Position numbers and translations under genes: made by a program | From: Thermoleophilia bacterium | GTDB lineage: Bacteria > Actinomycetota > Thermoleophilia > UBA2241 | DNA length: 43,407 nt | Assembly: GCA_017882325.1 (NCBI GenBank) | Contig: JADGPQ010000002.1 | Coordinates: forward strand, 1 to 43,407 | Direction: 5' to 3' | The notes under the pieces: model-generated | Seen by the model: only the letters and a program-made list of their open reading frames with translations | Databases searched by the model: none | Told to the model about the DNA's origin: nothing | Shown: positions 25,767-35,921 of the stretch, piece by piece | Numbering within the stretch: position 1 is the first letter of the stretch | How the letters are laid out: each line of letters begins with the position of its first letter

Positions 25767-26959
25767 CAGTCCTCCCGGCGGGTGTCGGGGCCGGCCGGCG
25801 AAGCCGCGGCGGCGACGGCCAGGCGCACCGCCTCTGCGGCGCTCGCGGCAACGGTCAGACCGGGAAGCCGCGCCTCCGCGAGCACGGCGCGCCCCTCAAA
25901 GGCAGCGTTGCCGTCCAGCCTCACGACCACCGGCACGTCCACACTCGATTGACCGAGCACCTGGACGAGGCCGCGGGCGACCTCGTCGCAGCGGGTGATG
26001 CCGCCGAAGATGCTGACCAGCAGTGCAGAAACGGTGCCGGTGGAGAGGATCACGTCGAGCGCCGCCGCCACGACTTCGGCGCGGGCGCCCCCGCCGAGGT
26101 CGCAGAAGTCGGCGGCGGACCCGCCCGCGGCGGCGATCTGGTCGATGATGCTCATCACAAGACCGGCGCCGTTGCCGAGCACGCCGATGTCGCCATCGAG
26201 CGCGACGAAGGCGAGGCCGGCCTTGCGGGCCCTCGCCTCGCGGTCCTCCGCGCCGGCGTCAGACTCGGCCTTCAGCTCGGCGTGCCGATAGAGCGCGTTG
26301 TCGTCGATGGTCACCTTGCTGTCGAGGCACACGACCTCGCCGAACGTGGTGATCACCAGCGGGTTGATCTCGCAAAGCGTCGCGTCGCTGTCGCGATACA
26401 GGCGCCACAGCGAACGGACGACGCCGCCCAGCGACTGCTTCGCCGGCGTTCCGTCCGGGCCGGCAAGCTCGGGGTCGAGAGCCGCCGCGGCCACGACGTC
26501 GCGCACCTGGTAGTCGCAGAGGCCGAGCAAGGGGTCGACCGGGGTGCGCACGAGAGCGGCCGGGTGGCGGCGCGCGACCTCCTCGATGTCGACGCCACCT
26601 TCGGCCGAGAAGATCAGCAGCGGCCCGCGTTGGGCGCGCGAGGATGAGATCGCAAGGTAGAGCTCGCGCGCGATCTCGACCGCCTCTTCCACGAGCACGC
26701 ACGAGACGCCGTGCCCGCGGATGGTCATGGCCAGGATGTCCGCGGTCGCTGACGCGACCTCGACCTCGGTGGCGCAGACGCGGATGCCGCCGGCCTTACC
26801 GCGGCCGCCGGTCTTCGCCTGCGCCTTCACGACGACGGGCAGGCCGAGTTCGCCGGCCGCCGCCTGCGCCTCCTCCGGCGACAGCGCCAGGCGGGAGGCC
26901 AGGACGGGCAGACCGGCGCCGGCGAACAGGCTCTTGCCCCTGTGCTCGAGCAGATCCAC
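25766..26959 (-). CDS. sucC: Succinate--CoA ligase (ADP-forming) beta subunit
   Basis: ATP-grasp N-terminus MDLLEHRGKSLFAGAGLPV and VVVKAQAKTGGRGKAGGI. GTG start. Confidence 0.85.
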   Translation of the reverse strand: MDLLEHRGKSLFAGAGLPVLASRLALSPEEAQAAAGELGLPVVVKAQAKTGGRGKAGGIRVCATEVEVASATADILAMTIRGHGVSCVLVEEAVEIARELYLAISSSRAQRGPLLIFSAEGGVDIEEVARRHPAALVRTPVDPLLGLCDYQVRDVVAAAALDPELAGPDGTPAKQSLGGVVRSLWRLYRDSDATLCEINPLVITTFGEVVCLDSKVTIDDNALYRHAELKAESDAGAEDREARARKAGLAFVALDGDIGVLGNGAGLVMSIIDQIAAAGGSAADFCDLGGGARAEVVAAALDVILSTGTVSALLVSIFGGITRCDEVARGLVQVLGQSSVDVPVVVRLDGNAAFEGRAVLAEARLPGLTVAASAAEAVRLAVAAAASPAGPDTRRED

Positions 26960-26963
26960 CGGC

Positions 26964-27524
26964 CTACGCCTCGGAGGCGAGGCGACGGCCGAGACGGAAG
27001 GCCTCGACGTTGAGCTCGCGAAAGCGCTCGGGCACGCGGCTGACCACCGCTGCCTCGGCCGCTTCGGCCGGCACCATACCCGTGATCTCCACCAGCGCGC
27101 CGACGGCGACGATGTTGGCGACCACGGTCTTCTTGAGGTGCTCGGCCGCGGCCTGCGTGAACGGAATGCCGTGAAGCTCGCGGCCCCGCAGTCTGTCGTC
27201 GGGCTCGACGAGCCCGGAGTCGTACACGAGCAGGCCGCCGGGGCGCGTGTCTCTGGCGTACTTCTCGTAGGCTTCCTGCGAGAGACACAGGCTCACGTCG
27301 GGGGTATCTATCTCCGGGTAGTCGATCTCGTCGTCGGCGAGGATGGCCTCCGCCTTTGAAGCGCCGCCGCGCGCTGCAGGCCCATAGCTCTGCGTCTGCA
27401 CGACGTTCTTGCCCAGAGCGGTGGCGGCCTCGGCGACGATCGCCGCCGCCAGCAGGATGCCCTGACCTCCTGAGCCGGAGAAGCGGATCTCGACGCGGGA
27501 CGCGTTGCCGTTGGTCTCAGCCAT
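26964..27524 (-). CDS. 2-oxoacid:ferredoxin oxidoreductase gamma subunit
   Basis: IRFSGSGGQGILLAAAIVAEAA motif. 8-nt overlap with the beta subunit. TAG stop. Confidence 0.85.
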   Translation of the reverse strand: MAETNGNASRVEIRFSGSGGQGILLAAAIVAEAATALGKNVVQTQSYGPAARGGASKAEAILADDEIDYPEIDTPDVSLCLSQEAYEKYARDTRPGGLLVYDSGLVEPDDRLRGRELHGIPFTQAAAEHLKKTVVANIVAVGALVEITGMVPAEAAEAAVVSRVPERFRELNVEAFRLGRRLASEA

Positions 27525-28410
27525 GGTGGGCCTCCTGTGCCTGCTCCCGCACTCGAGCGAGCGAGGCGACGAACTCGGCGCGCTCGCTGTGATGCAGCAG
27601 GCCCACGGGGTACTGGTCGCGCAGGCGCGATTCGCCCTCTTCGAACTTGCTGGCCGGTACGGCGTGCTCCTTCTGGCCCTTCAGGAACTCCGCGGGGTCG
27701 GCGGTCAGGTTGAAGCGCCCGTAGTACACGGGGCACGCGGCCATCGCCTCGACTGAGGCGAACCCATTGTGGGCGATGCCGCCGGCGATGACGTCGACGA
27801 GCTGCCGGTAGGCCCAGGCGGTGCCGCGGGCGACATAGGTCGCCCCCGCGGCATGCGCCAGTTCGGAGAGGTCGAAGGCGGCCTCCACGTTGCCGCGAAT
27901 GCTTGTCGTGGACTTGTCGCCGGTGTGCGTGGTGGGGCTCATCTGTCCGCCGGTCATACCGTAGATCGAGTTGTTGAAGATCAGCGCGGTGAGGTCGATG
28001 TTGCGCCGCGCCGCGTGGATGAAGTGGTTGCCGCCGATCGCCGAGCAGTCACCGTCGCCCATGGCGACGATGACATCGAGCGAGGGGTCGGCGACCTTGA
28101 CTCCCGTCGCCACGGCGAGGGCGCGACCGTGAGCCGCGTGGACGGTGGAGTACTCGAGGTACGAGGCGATGCGTCCGCTGCAGCCGATGCCGGCCACGAT
28201 CACGACCTTCTCCGGGTCGAGCTCGAGGCCGAGGATCGCGTCGATGAGGGCGCGGGTGATGGTCCCGTTGGAGCACCCCGGGCACCAGATCGTCTTCGGG
28301 GTGCGCAGCCAGGGGACGATCTCGCTGGTCATATGCGGCTTGATCCGCGGCAGCTTGTAGTCGCCTTCGGGCGGGCTCTCGAGCTTCTGTTCGTCGACAA
28401 GGGCGCTCAT
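27517..28410 (-). CDS. 2-oxoacid:ferredoxin oxidoreductase beta (TPP-binding) subunit
   Basis: ATG 28410 (ATGA overlap) gives 297 aa. WCPGCSNGT and GDGDCSAIGGNHFIHAARRN thiamine-PP motif. The track start 29130 is an artefact. Confidence 0.9.
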   Translation of the reverse strand: MSALVDEQKLESPPEGDYKLPRIKPHMTSEIVPWLRTPKTIWCPGCSNGTITRALIDAILGLELDPEKVVIVAGIGCSGRIASYLEYSTVHAAHGRALAVATGVKVADPSLDVIVAMGDGDCSAIGGNHFIHAARRNIDLTALIFNNSIYGMTGGQMSPTTHTGDKSTTSIRGNVEAAFDLSELAHAAGATYVARGTAWAYRQLVDVIAGGIAHNGFASVEAMAACPVYYGRFNLTADPAEFLKGQKEHAVPASKFEEGESRLRDQYPVGLLHHSERAEFVASLARVREQAQEAHHG

Positions 28411-29570
28411 GGCTTCTCCCAATCGTGGTAGTAGAACTCGGGCTTCACCAGCTCCTCGATCTGCGGCGGCGTGATCAGCTTGCCGTCCACGCGTCCGAAG
28501 TCGACGACTTTGGCGCGCCCGGCCACCGCGGCCTGCACTTCCCAGCTCATCTGCTTGATGTTCATCTCGGGCACGATGACGGTACGCACCCGTTCGGCCA
28601 TGCGGTCGACGGCCAGCGTCGGGAAGGGCCAGAGGGTGATGGGCCGCACGAGGCCCACGGGCACTCCCCTGGCGCGCGCCCACTTGACGACGGCCTTGGC
28701 CGAGCGCGCCACGGAGCCGTAGGCAAAGATGGCCACCTCGGCGTCCTTCATCTCGTACTCCTCGACGCGCGCGATGGCGTCGCGGTGGTGGTAGATCTTC
28801 TCGCGCAGGTAGCGCCCCAGATCGCTGGCGACCTCCGGGTCGCCGGTCTCGGGGGCGCCGCTCCTGCGGTTGTAGACGAGGCCCGTGACGTGCACGCGGA
28901 AAGGCGAGCCCAGCGGCGGCCGCGGGAGGATGTTGTCGAGGTCGCTCATCACGGTGTCGTACTCTTCGGGGGCGCAGTCTGGAGTGCCGCGCTCGGCGAT
29001 GCGCAGGCTCCCCGGCTCGGGCAGCGTTACGGCCTCCCGCATGTGGCCGAGGAGCGCGTCGCTGAGCACGATCACCGGGGTGCGGTACTGCTCGGCAAGG
29101 TTGAAGGCCTCGATGGTGAGCGTGTAACACTCATACACGCTGCTCGGCACGAGGGCGATCACCGAGTGCTCGCCGTGCGTGCCCCACCTGGCCTGCATCA
29201 CGTCGCCCTGGCTGGGCTCGGTCGGCAGGCCCGTGGACGGCCCGCCGCGCATCACATCGACGATCACGCACGGGACCTGCGCCATCTCGGCGAAGCCGAT
29301 CATCTCCTGCATGAGGCTGAAGCCGGGACCGGAGGTCGCGGTGAGCGCCTTCAGCCCGGCGAGCGAGGCACCGCAGACCGCGGCGATGCTGGCGATCTCG
29401 TCCTCCATCTGCATGAACGAGCCGCCGACCTCGGGCATGCGGCGGGCCAGCGTCTCCGCGATCTCCGTGGAGGGCGTGATGGGATAGCCGGCGAAGAAGC
29501 GCGCGCCGGCGGCGATGGCACCCTCGGCGACGGCCTCGTTGCCCTGCATAAGAATCGGTGATGCCGGCAT
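28407..29570 (-). CDS. 2-oxoacid:ferredoxin oxidoreductase alpha subunit
   Basis: MQGNEAVAEGAIAAG, GYPITPSTEI and TATSGPGFSLMQE blocks. Confidence 0.9.
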   Translation of the reverse strand: MPASPILMQGNEAVAEGAIAAGARFFAGYPITPSTEIAETLARRMPEVGGSFMQMEDEIASIAAVCGASLAGLKALTATSGPGFSLMQEMIGFAEMAQVPCVIVDVMRGGPSTGLPTEPSQGDVMQARWGTHGEHSVIALVPSSVYECYTLTIEAFNLAEQYRTPVIVLSDALLGHMREAVTLPEPGSLRIAERGTPDCAPEEYDTVMSDLDNILPRPPLGSPFRVHVTGLVYNRRSGAPETGDPEVASDLGRYLREKIYHHRDAIARVEEYEMKDAEVAIFAYGSVARSAKAVVKWARARGVPVGLVRPITLWPFPTLAVDRMAERVRTVIVPEMNIKQMSWEVQAAVAGRAKVVDFGRVDGKLITPPQIEELVKPEFYYHDWEKP

Positions 29571-29571
29571 G

Positions 29572-29967
29572 TCAGTCCTCCCCTCCGCCGTGGACGCCGC
29601 ACTCGCTGCCCGACACGGGCCGTTCGTCGTCGTCGTCCGGGCGACCGGCGACGGCCGCGATCACCCTGTCGCTCTCCGCCTCGGCGATCTCCTCCGGCGT
29701 CGCCGGCGCGCCCTTCGCCGGCTTCTTGCGGGCCCGGCGCTGCACCTCGATGGCGAAGTCCGGGCAGTGCAGCTCGCAGAGCAGGCAGGACGTGCAGTCC
29801 TCCGCGCGCGCGACGACCGGGTACCCTAGCTCGTCGCGGTCGTACACGTCCTCAGGACATAGGTCGATGCAGATGCCGCAGGCTTTGCAGAGCTCAAGGT
29901 CCAGCGCGACCTGGGAAGCGGGAGCTTGGCCCGCCGCGGTCTTCTCGTCTGCAGTTTTCACCATCAT
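29572..29967 (-). CDS. 2-oxoacid:ferredoxin oxidoreductase delta (2x4Fe-4S ferredoxin) subunit
   Basis: ATG 29967 (RBS GGGAGGG) gives 131 aa. CKACGICIDLCP and CTSCLLCELHCP motifs, plus an acidic C-terminal tail. Confidence 0.8.
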   Translation of the reverse strand: MMVKTADEKTAAGQAPASQVALDLELCKACGICIDLCPEDVYDRDELGYPVVARAEDCTSCLLCELHCPDFAIEVQRRARKKPAKGAPATPEEIAEAESDRVIAAVAGRPDDDDERPVSGSECGVHGGGED

Positions 29968-29969
29968 CG

Positions 29970-31652
29970 TCACCCTCCCACCATCGGCAGGTCGATACCA
30001 GTTTCGCGGGCCTTCTCGATGGCCTCCGGGTAGCCGGCGTCGGCGTGGCGCATCACGCCGGTTCCCGGGTCGCTCGTAAGCACGCGTTGCAGGCGTGCGG
30101 CCATCATGTCGGTGCCGTCGGCGACCACGACCATGCCGGCGTGCAGGCTCTTGCCGATGCCCACCCCGCCACCGTGGTGGAAACTCACCCATGACGCTCC
30201 CGCCGCTGTGTTGATGAGGGCGTTGAGGATGGGCCAGTCGGCGATCGCATCGCTGCCGTCGCGCATGCTCTCGGTCTCGCGATACGGACTCGCGACCGAG
30301 CCGGAGTCCAGGTGGTCGCGGCCGATGACGAGCGGCGCCTTGACCTTGCCGCTGCGCACCAGCTCGTTGAAGATCTGCCCCGCCTTGGCGCGCTCGCCGT
30401 ACTCCAGCCAGCAGATGCGGCAGGGCAGACCCTGGAAGTGGACTTTCTCAGCGGCCATCTTGAGCCAGCGTGTGACCATCTCGTTGTCCGGAAAAGCCTC
30501 GAGCAGGGCGGCGTCGGTGACCGCGATGTCGGCGGGGTCGCCGCTGAGCGCCGCCCAGCGGAAGGGGCCGTTACCGCGGCAGAAGAGGGGGCGCAAATAC
30601 AGAGGCACGAAGCCCTCGAAGGCGAACGCGTCGTCGCAGCCGGCCTCCTTCGCCACCCCGCGGATGTTGTTGCCGTAGTCGAACACGTGGGCACCGGCCT
30701 TCTGCAGGGCGACCATCGCCTCGACATGCGTGACGATGCTCGCGACGGCGCGGCGTACGTACTCTCCCGGGTCGGCGCGCCGCAGAGCGACGGCCTCGTC
30801 GAGGCTCATGCCGTTGGGGACGTAGCCGTTGAGCGTGTCGTGCGCAGACGTCTGATCGGTGACGAGATCGGGTGTGAAGCCGCGGCGCACCAGCTCCGGG
30901 TAGACGTCGGCGGCGTTGCCGAGGAGCGCGATGGAGAGCGGCTTGCGCGCCCTCACGGCCTCATCCGCGAGGCGAAGCGCCTCGTCGAGCGAATCTGTGG
31001 AGACGTCCACGTAGGCGGTCTCGAGGCGGCGTTCGATGCGCGTGGGGTCGACCTCCACGCAGAGCGCCACGCCGCCGGCCATGGTGACGGCGAGCGGCTG
31101 GGCGCCGCCCATGCCGCCGAGGCCGGCCGTCAGGACGAGCCTGCCGGCCAGATCGGACCCGTAATGCGTCTGGCCGGCGGCCGCGAACGTCTGGTAGGTG
31201 CCCTGCAGGATGCCCTGCGTGCCGATGTAGATCCAGCTCCCTGCGGTCATCTGCCCGTACATCGTCAGGCCCAGGGCGTCCAGCCGCCGGAACTCGTCCC
31301 AGTTGGCCCAGTCGGGCACCAGGTTGGCGTTGGCGATGAGCACCCGGGGGGCCATCTCGTGGGTCTCGAAGACGCCTACGGGCTTGCCGCTCTGCACAAG
31401 CAGCGTTTCGTCGTCCTTCAGGCGGCGCAGAGTGGCGACGATGGCGTCGAAGCTCGCCCAGTCGCGCGCCGCCTTGCCGGCGCCGCCGTAGACAATGAGC
31501 TCTTCCGGCACCTCGGCGACCTCGGGGTCGAGGTTGTTCATGAGCATGCGCAGGGCGGCTTCCTGCTGCCAGCCCCTGCAACTGATGTCCGTGCCGCGAG
31601 GAGCGCGCACCGGACGCGGGCCCGCCGGTTTCGTGGATCCTGTGGTGTTCAC
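29970..31652 (-). CDS. hutU: Urocanate hydratase
   Basis: 560 aa from a GTG start. [43 protein letters not shown] and [12 protein letters not shown] blocks. Confidence 0.9.
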   Translation of the reverse strand: MNTTGSTKPAGPRPVRAPRGTDISCRGWQQEAALRMLMNNLDPEVAEVPEELIVYGGAGKAARDWASFDAIVATLRRLKDDETLLVQSGKPVGVFETHEMAPRVLIANANLVPDWANWDEFRRLDALGLTMYGQMTAGSWIYIGTQGILQGTYQTFAAAGQTHYGSDLAGRLVLTAGLGGMGGAQPLAVTMAGGVALCVEVDPTRIERRLETAYVDVSTDSLDEALRLADEAVRARKPLSIALLGNAADVYPELVRRGFTPDLVTDQTSAHDTLNGYVPNGMSLDEAVALRRADPGEYVRRAVASIVTHVEAMVALQKAGAHVFDYGNNIRGVAKEAGCDDAFAFEGFVPLYLRPLFCRGNGPFRWAALSGDPADIAVTDAALLEAFPDNEMVTRWLKMAAEKVHFQGLPCRICWLEYGERAKAGQIFNELVRSGKVKAPLVIGRDHLDSGSVASPYRETESMRDGSDAIADWPILNALINTAAGASWVSFHHGGGVGIGKSLHAGMVVVADGTDMMAARLQRVLTSDPGTGVMRHADAGYPEAIEKARETGIDLPMVGG

Positions 31653-31714
31653 GTGCCGCCTCGTTTCGCGGATAGATGATCGTGACCGGAGTCGCCTGCG
31701 GTGATAGCCACGAT

Positions 31715-31783
31715 CAACCCTGACGCGAGGCAGTACCTACTTCAAGAGGCCGGCGACGCTGTCCAGACAGCTGTACTCGTTTT
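31715..31783 (-). promoter_or_regulatory. Promoter/operator module, copy A (upstream of hutU operon)
   Basis: Minus strand reads AAAACGAGTACAGCTG-TCTGGAC...TTGAAG (31745-31740), 17 nt, CAGGGT (31722-31717), TTG. The 15-nt and 16-nt terminal blocks are identical to copy B, and total length (69 nt) and internal spacings are the same. Confidence 0.55.
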
Positions 31784-31863
31784 GAAGGCGGAATGCACCG
31801 GCGGCCGTCCTTCTGGATTTCGGCGGCCGCGCCGGCGGACGGGCACCGGGTGGACCGGCCGCT

Positions 31864-32808
31864 CTACTGGTACCTGATGCGCGGGTTGAGCACCGCGTAC
31901 AGGATGTCGGCGACCAGGTTGGCAACCACATAGATGATCACGATCAGCAGCGCCGTCGCCTGGATCAGCTGCAGGTCGCGCCGCTGGATGGCGAAGAGAA
32001 GAAGCCGTCCGATGCCCGGGTAGTCGTAGACCGACTCGGTGACGATCAGACCGCCGATGAGCCACCCGATGCCGATCGCCACGACGGTGATGGTCGGCAG
32101 CAGCGAGTTGCGCAGCACGTGCGTGAACAGCACGCGGCGTGGCGTCAGGCCCTTGAGGTTGGCGGTACGCACGTAGTCCATCTGCAGGACGTCGACGGTA
32201 CTCGAGCGCGTCATGCGCACCACGTAGGCGAGGCTAGTGAGCGCCACTGTGATGGCCGGCAGGATGAGATACGGGAACGCCTGCACGAAGGTCGACTGCG
32301 GATCGATAGCGGATTGTGACGGTAGCCACTTCAGCTCGACCGCGAAGATCGTGATGAGGATCACGCCGCTGACGAACTCGGGCAGGCCGATGAAGGCCAG
32401 CGATCCGACGGAGATGGAGTTGTCCAACCAGGTGTTGCGCTTCAACGCGGCAACAAGCCCTAAGAGGATGCCGAGCGGCACGTAGAGGGCGAAGGCGACG
32501 ATCGCCAGCATGAACGAGTTGCGCAGCCGCTGGAACACGACCGGGCGCACTGCCGTATCGGTGCTCACCGACTTGCCCCAGTCGCCGCGCGCGTACTTGC
32601 CGAGCCAGGTCGAGTACTGCACGGCGATCGGCTTGTCGAGGCCGAGCTCGGTGCGCAGTTTGGCCTTGGCCTGCGGGGTCGCGAAGCGTCCGAGCACCAT
32701 GGTGGCGACATCGCCCGGGAGGACCGTCGTCGCCCAGAAGATGATGATCGAGGCCAGGATGACGGTGAGCACCATGAAGCCGAGGCGCCTGAGGATGAAG
32801 CGCAGCAT
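31864..32808 (-). CDS. ABC transporter permease (DppB/OppB-like)
   Basis: 314 aa. [17 protein letters not shown]-terminus and six hydrophobic segments. ATGA overlap with the ATPase gene. TAG stop. Confidence 0.85.
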   Translation of the reverse strand: MLRFILRRLGFMVLTVILASIIIFWATTVLPGDVATMVLGRFATPQAKAKLRTELGLDKPIAVQYSTWLGKYARGDWGKSVSTDTAVRPVVFQRLRNSFMLAIVAFALYVPLGILLGLVAALKRNTWLDNSISVGSLAFIGLPEFVSGVILITIFAVELKWLPSQSAIDPQSTFVQAFPYLILPAITVALTSLAYVVRMTRSSTVDVLQMDYVRTANLKGLTPRRVLFTHVLRNSLLPTITVVAIGIGWLIGGLIVTESVYDYPGIGRLLLFAIQRRDLQLIQATALLIVIIYVVANLVADILYAVLNPRIRYQ

Positions 32809-34886
32809 CAGGCGCCCGCCTCCGCGCCGGCCAGCACCAGCGTCTCCGCCTGCAGGCGGGTGAGCTCGTCCAGCGGGATGTGGCAGTAGATGCGGTGGTC
32901 GCCCTCGCCCTCGCGCCAGGGCGGCTCCTGCTCCACGCAGATGTCGCCGAGGAAGCGCGGGCAGCGCGGGTGGAAGCGGCAGCCCGACGGCACGTCCATG
33001 GCGCTGGGCACCGAGCCGCCCAGCCTGATCGGCTTCTGCACTATGTCGGGGTCGGCGAGCGGCACGGCCGAGAGCAGCGCCTCCGTGTACGGATGGAACG
33101 GAGGCGTGAGCACGCGGGTGGCGTCGCCGATCTCCATGACGTGGCCGAGGTAGACCACGGCGATGGCGTCGGAGAGGTGCTGCACCGCCGACAGGTCGTG
33201 CGAGATGAACACGTACGAGGTCTGCTTCTCGACCTGAAGCTTCATGAGCAGGTTCATGAGCGAGCCCTGCACCGATACGTCCAGCGACGAGATGGGCTCA
33301 TCGCAGAGGATCAGCTCGGGCTCGGCGGCGAAGGCGCGCGCGATCGCGACGCGCTGTTTCTCGCCGCCGCTCAGCTCGTGCGGCAGGCGCTCGAAGTAGC
33401 TCACCGGCAGGCTGACCGCCCGCAGGAGATCCTTGGACTGCTTCCTCGCTTCCTGGCGGCTCAGCCCGCCCAGCAGCGTGAGCGGCCGCATGATCGCGTC
33501 GCCGACGCTGCGCGTGGGGTTCAGCGAGGCGTCGGGGTTCTGGAACACCATCTGGATCTCCCGGAGCGTCGCCCGTGGCCGCTTGCCGGTGGACGGCGGC
33601 AGCGGCTTGCCGTGGAGCGTGATCTCGCCGCCGGTCGCCGGCGTGAGCCCGATGATCGCCCGCGCGACCGTCGTCTTGCCGCTGCCGCTCTCGCCGACCA
33701 CGCCGAGCGTCTGCCCGACGCGGACCTCGAGGTCGACGCCATCGACGGCGCGGATGGGACGGGCCGCGCGGCCGCGGATGAGCCTTCTGGTCGACTTGAA
33801 GTGGACCCGGGTCCGATCGGCCGCGACCAGGACGTCGGGGCGGGTCCCCTCGACATCGGTGCGCACCGCTTCGGTCGCCTCGCGCAGGTACTGGGCCGGC
33901 GGCGGGACGTCCGCCCAGCGTCGGCAGGCCGAGAGGTGGTCGGCCGCGACCTCCGCCAGCGGCGGCCGCGCGGCCTTGCATGCCTCCTCGACGAAGCCGC
34001 AGCGCGGCCCGAAGATGCAGCCGTGCGGCAGCTCGTCGACGCGCGGGATCGCGCCCGGGATCGTGACCAGCGAGCGTTTCTGCGGCGTGGGGTCGAAGCG
34101 TGGCACACAGCCTAGAAGGTCGAGCGTGTACGGGTGCCGCGGACGCTTGAACAGCTCGTACAGGTCGGCCTGCTCCATGAACTCGCCCGCGTACATCACG
34201 CCGACGCGGTCGCAGATCTTGGTGATCACCCCAAGGTCGTGGGTGATGTAGAGGATTGCCGAGTCGGACTCGCGCTTGAGGTCGGCGACGAGGTCGAGCA
34301 CCACGGCCTGCGTGGTCACGTCGAGCGCCGTTGTGGGCTCGTCCATGATCAGCAGCGAGGGGTCGGTCATCAGCGCCATGGCGATCACGCAGCGCTGCAG
34401 CATCCCGCCCGAGAGCTGATGCGGGTAGCGCTTCATGACCGCCTCCGGGTCGGGCATCGCGACCTTGGTCAGCATCTCGGTCACGCGTCCGACCGCCGCA
34501 GCGCGGTCCATGCCCAGGTGCTGCTGCGCTACCTCGGCCAGCTGCTTGCCGATCACGATCGACGGGTTCAGGGCGCTCAGCGGGCTCTGGTAGACCACGC
34601 CGATGCGCGACCCCCACAGCTCGCGGAGCTCCTTGCCCGAGAGGCTGAGCAAGTCGACGCCGTTCAGGCGCACGCTGCCCTCGGTCACCCTGCCGTTGGA
34701 AGCGAGGTAGCGGATGGCGCCCATGGCGAGCGTGGACTTGCCAGAGCCCGACTCGCCGACGAGCCCGAAGCTCTCGTGCTCGCGCACGGCGAGCGAGACG
34801 TCGCGCACCGCGTGGAGCACGCCCAGCTCGGTGGCGTAGTCGATGTGCAGACCCTCGATCTCGAAGACGGGGCGCCGCGCCTCCAC
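32808..34886 (-). CDS. Fused double ABC ATPase (DppD-DppF type)
   Basis: 692 aa. Two Walker A motifs ([18 protein letters not shown]), two signatures ([16 protein letters not shown]) and two Cys/His oligopeptide-type C-terminal extensions. Confidence 0.9.
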   Translation of the reverse strand: MEARRPVFEIEGLHIDYATELGVLHAVRDVSLAVREHESFGLVGESGSGKSTLAMGAIRYLASNGRVTEGSVRLNGVDLLSLSGKELRELWGSRIGVVYQSPLSALNPSIVIGKQLAEVAQQHLGMDRAAAVGRVTEMLTKVAMPDPEAVMKRYPHQLSGGMLQRCVIAMALMTDPSLLIMDEPTTALDVTTQAVVLDLVADLKRESDSAILYITHDLGVITKICDRVGVMYAGEFMEQADLYELFKRPRHPYTLDLLGCVPRFDPTPQKRSLVTIPGAIPRVDELPHGCIFGPRCGFVEEACKAARPPLAEVAADHLSACRRWADVPPPAQYLREATEAVRTDVEGTRPDVLVAADRTRVHFKSTRRLIRGRAARPIRAVDGVDLEVRVGQTLGVVGESGSGKTTVARAIIGLTPATGGEITLHGKPLPPSTGKRPRATLREIQMVFQNPDASLNPTRSVGDAIMRPLTLLGGLSRQEARKQSKDLLRAVSLPVSYFERLPHELSGGEKQRVAIARAFAAEPELILCDEPISSLDVSVQGSLMNLLMKLQVEKQTSYVFISHDLSAVQHLSDAIAVVYLGHVMEIGDATRVLTPPFHPYTEALLSAVPLADPDIVQKPIRLGGSVPSAMDVPSGCRFHPRCPRFLGDICVEQEPPWREGEGDHRIYCHIPLDELTRLQAETLVLAGAEAGA

Positions 34887-34887
34887 T

Positions 34888-35829
34888 TCAGTTCCTCCCG
34901 CCGCCGGGCAGCATCACCTGGCGGAGCCCGTCCGACATCAGGTTGGTCGAGACCACCAGCACGGCGATCGTGCAGGCGGGGAAGAGCAGCAGCCACGGCG
35001 CGATGGGCAGGAAGTTGCGCGCGTCGTTGATTTGCAGGCCCCAGTCGGGCGAGGGCGGCTGCACGCCGAGCCCCAGGTACCCCAACGAGGCGACCAGGAA
35101 GATCGAGTACGAGAAGCGCATCGAGGCCTCGACCAGCAGCGGCGGCAGCGAGTTGGGCAGGATCTCGCGGAAAAGGATGTAGCTACGCTTCTCGCCGCGC
35201 ACCCGGGCGGCCTCGACGAACTCCTTGTTCTTCAGATCGAGCACCATGCTGCGCACCACGCGCGCCACCATCGGGATGTAGAGGATGGCGACAACCAGCA
35301 CGAGGTTGAAGTTGGATGGGCCCACGGTGCTCAGCAGCACGAGGGCGAGCAGCAGCGAGGGGAAGGAGAGGAGCACGTCGAGTAAGCGCATCACCACTTC
35401 GTCACTGGTGCCCCCCACGTAGCCCGAGGCGAGCCCGATGGCGGTGCCGATGACGACCGCCACCAGGGTGCCGAAGCCGCCGATGAGGAAGATGTTGCGC
35501 GTGCCCACGATGATGCGACTGAAGATGTCGCGGCCGAACTGATCGGCGCCGAAGGGATGCGCCACGCTGGGAGCGTCGAGGCGCACCTTCACGTTCTGGG
35601 TCTGGTAGTCGTACGGCGCGACCCAAGGTCCGAACACGGCCAGGAAGAGGAACACGCAGAAGATGATCGTGCCGACCAGCGCCGCCGGCCGCTTCTTGAG
35701 GCGGCGCCAGTAGAGGCGCCACGAGCTGGGACGAGGGTTGCCGTTCCCGGGAGCAAGCAGTTCCGCGGCGACTCCCTCGTCCATGATGGCGGCGTCGAGA
35801 AGCTCGTCGTTCAGGTTCGGTTCGACCAC
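34888..35829 (-). CDS. ABC transporter permease (DppC/OppC-like)
   Basis: 313 aa from a GTG start behind GAGGACGGAG. Hydrophobic core with an EAA-like loop (VEAARVRGEKRSYILFREILPN). Confidence 0.85.
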   Translation of the reverse strand: MVEPNLNDELLDAAIMDEGVAAELLAPGNGNPRPSSWRLYWRRLKKRPAALVGTIIFCVFLFLAVFGPWVAPYDYQTQNVKVRLDAPSVAHPFGADQFGRDIFSRIIVGTRNIFLIGGFGTLVAVVIGTAIGLASGYVGGTSDEVVMRLLDVLLSFPSLLLALVLLSTVGPSNFNLVLVVAILYIPMVARVVRSMVLDLKNKEFVEAARVRGEKRSYILFREILPNSLPPLLVEASMRFSYSIFLVASLGYLGLGVQPPSPDWGLQINDARNFLPIAPWLLLFPACTIAVLVVSTNLMSDGLRQVMLPGGGRN

Positions 35830-35921
35830 GGCTCCGTCCTCAGTGTCTCCGCCGGCTCTTACGACCTGGGGAGCGATCGACCGCCGTCACCGGCAGTCAG
35901 GCTCTCGCGTAGTGCGGCCGC

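Noticed and set aside
31715-31783. Interpretation of the duplicated 69-nt module as a riboswitch or as a sigma54 promoter
   Set aside because: The variable middle parts of copies A and B show no consistent compensatory base-pairing. I recognise no known riboswitch core. The TGGAC box lacks the properly spaced TTGC element of -24/-12 promoters.
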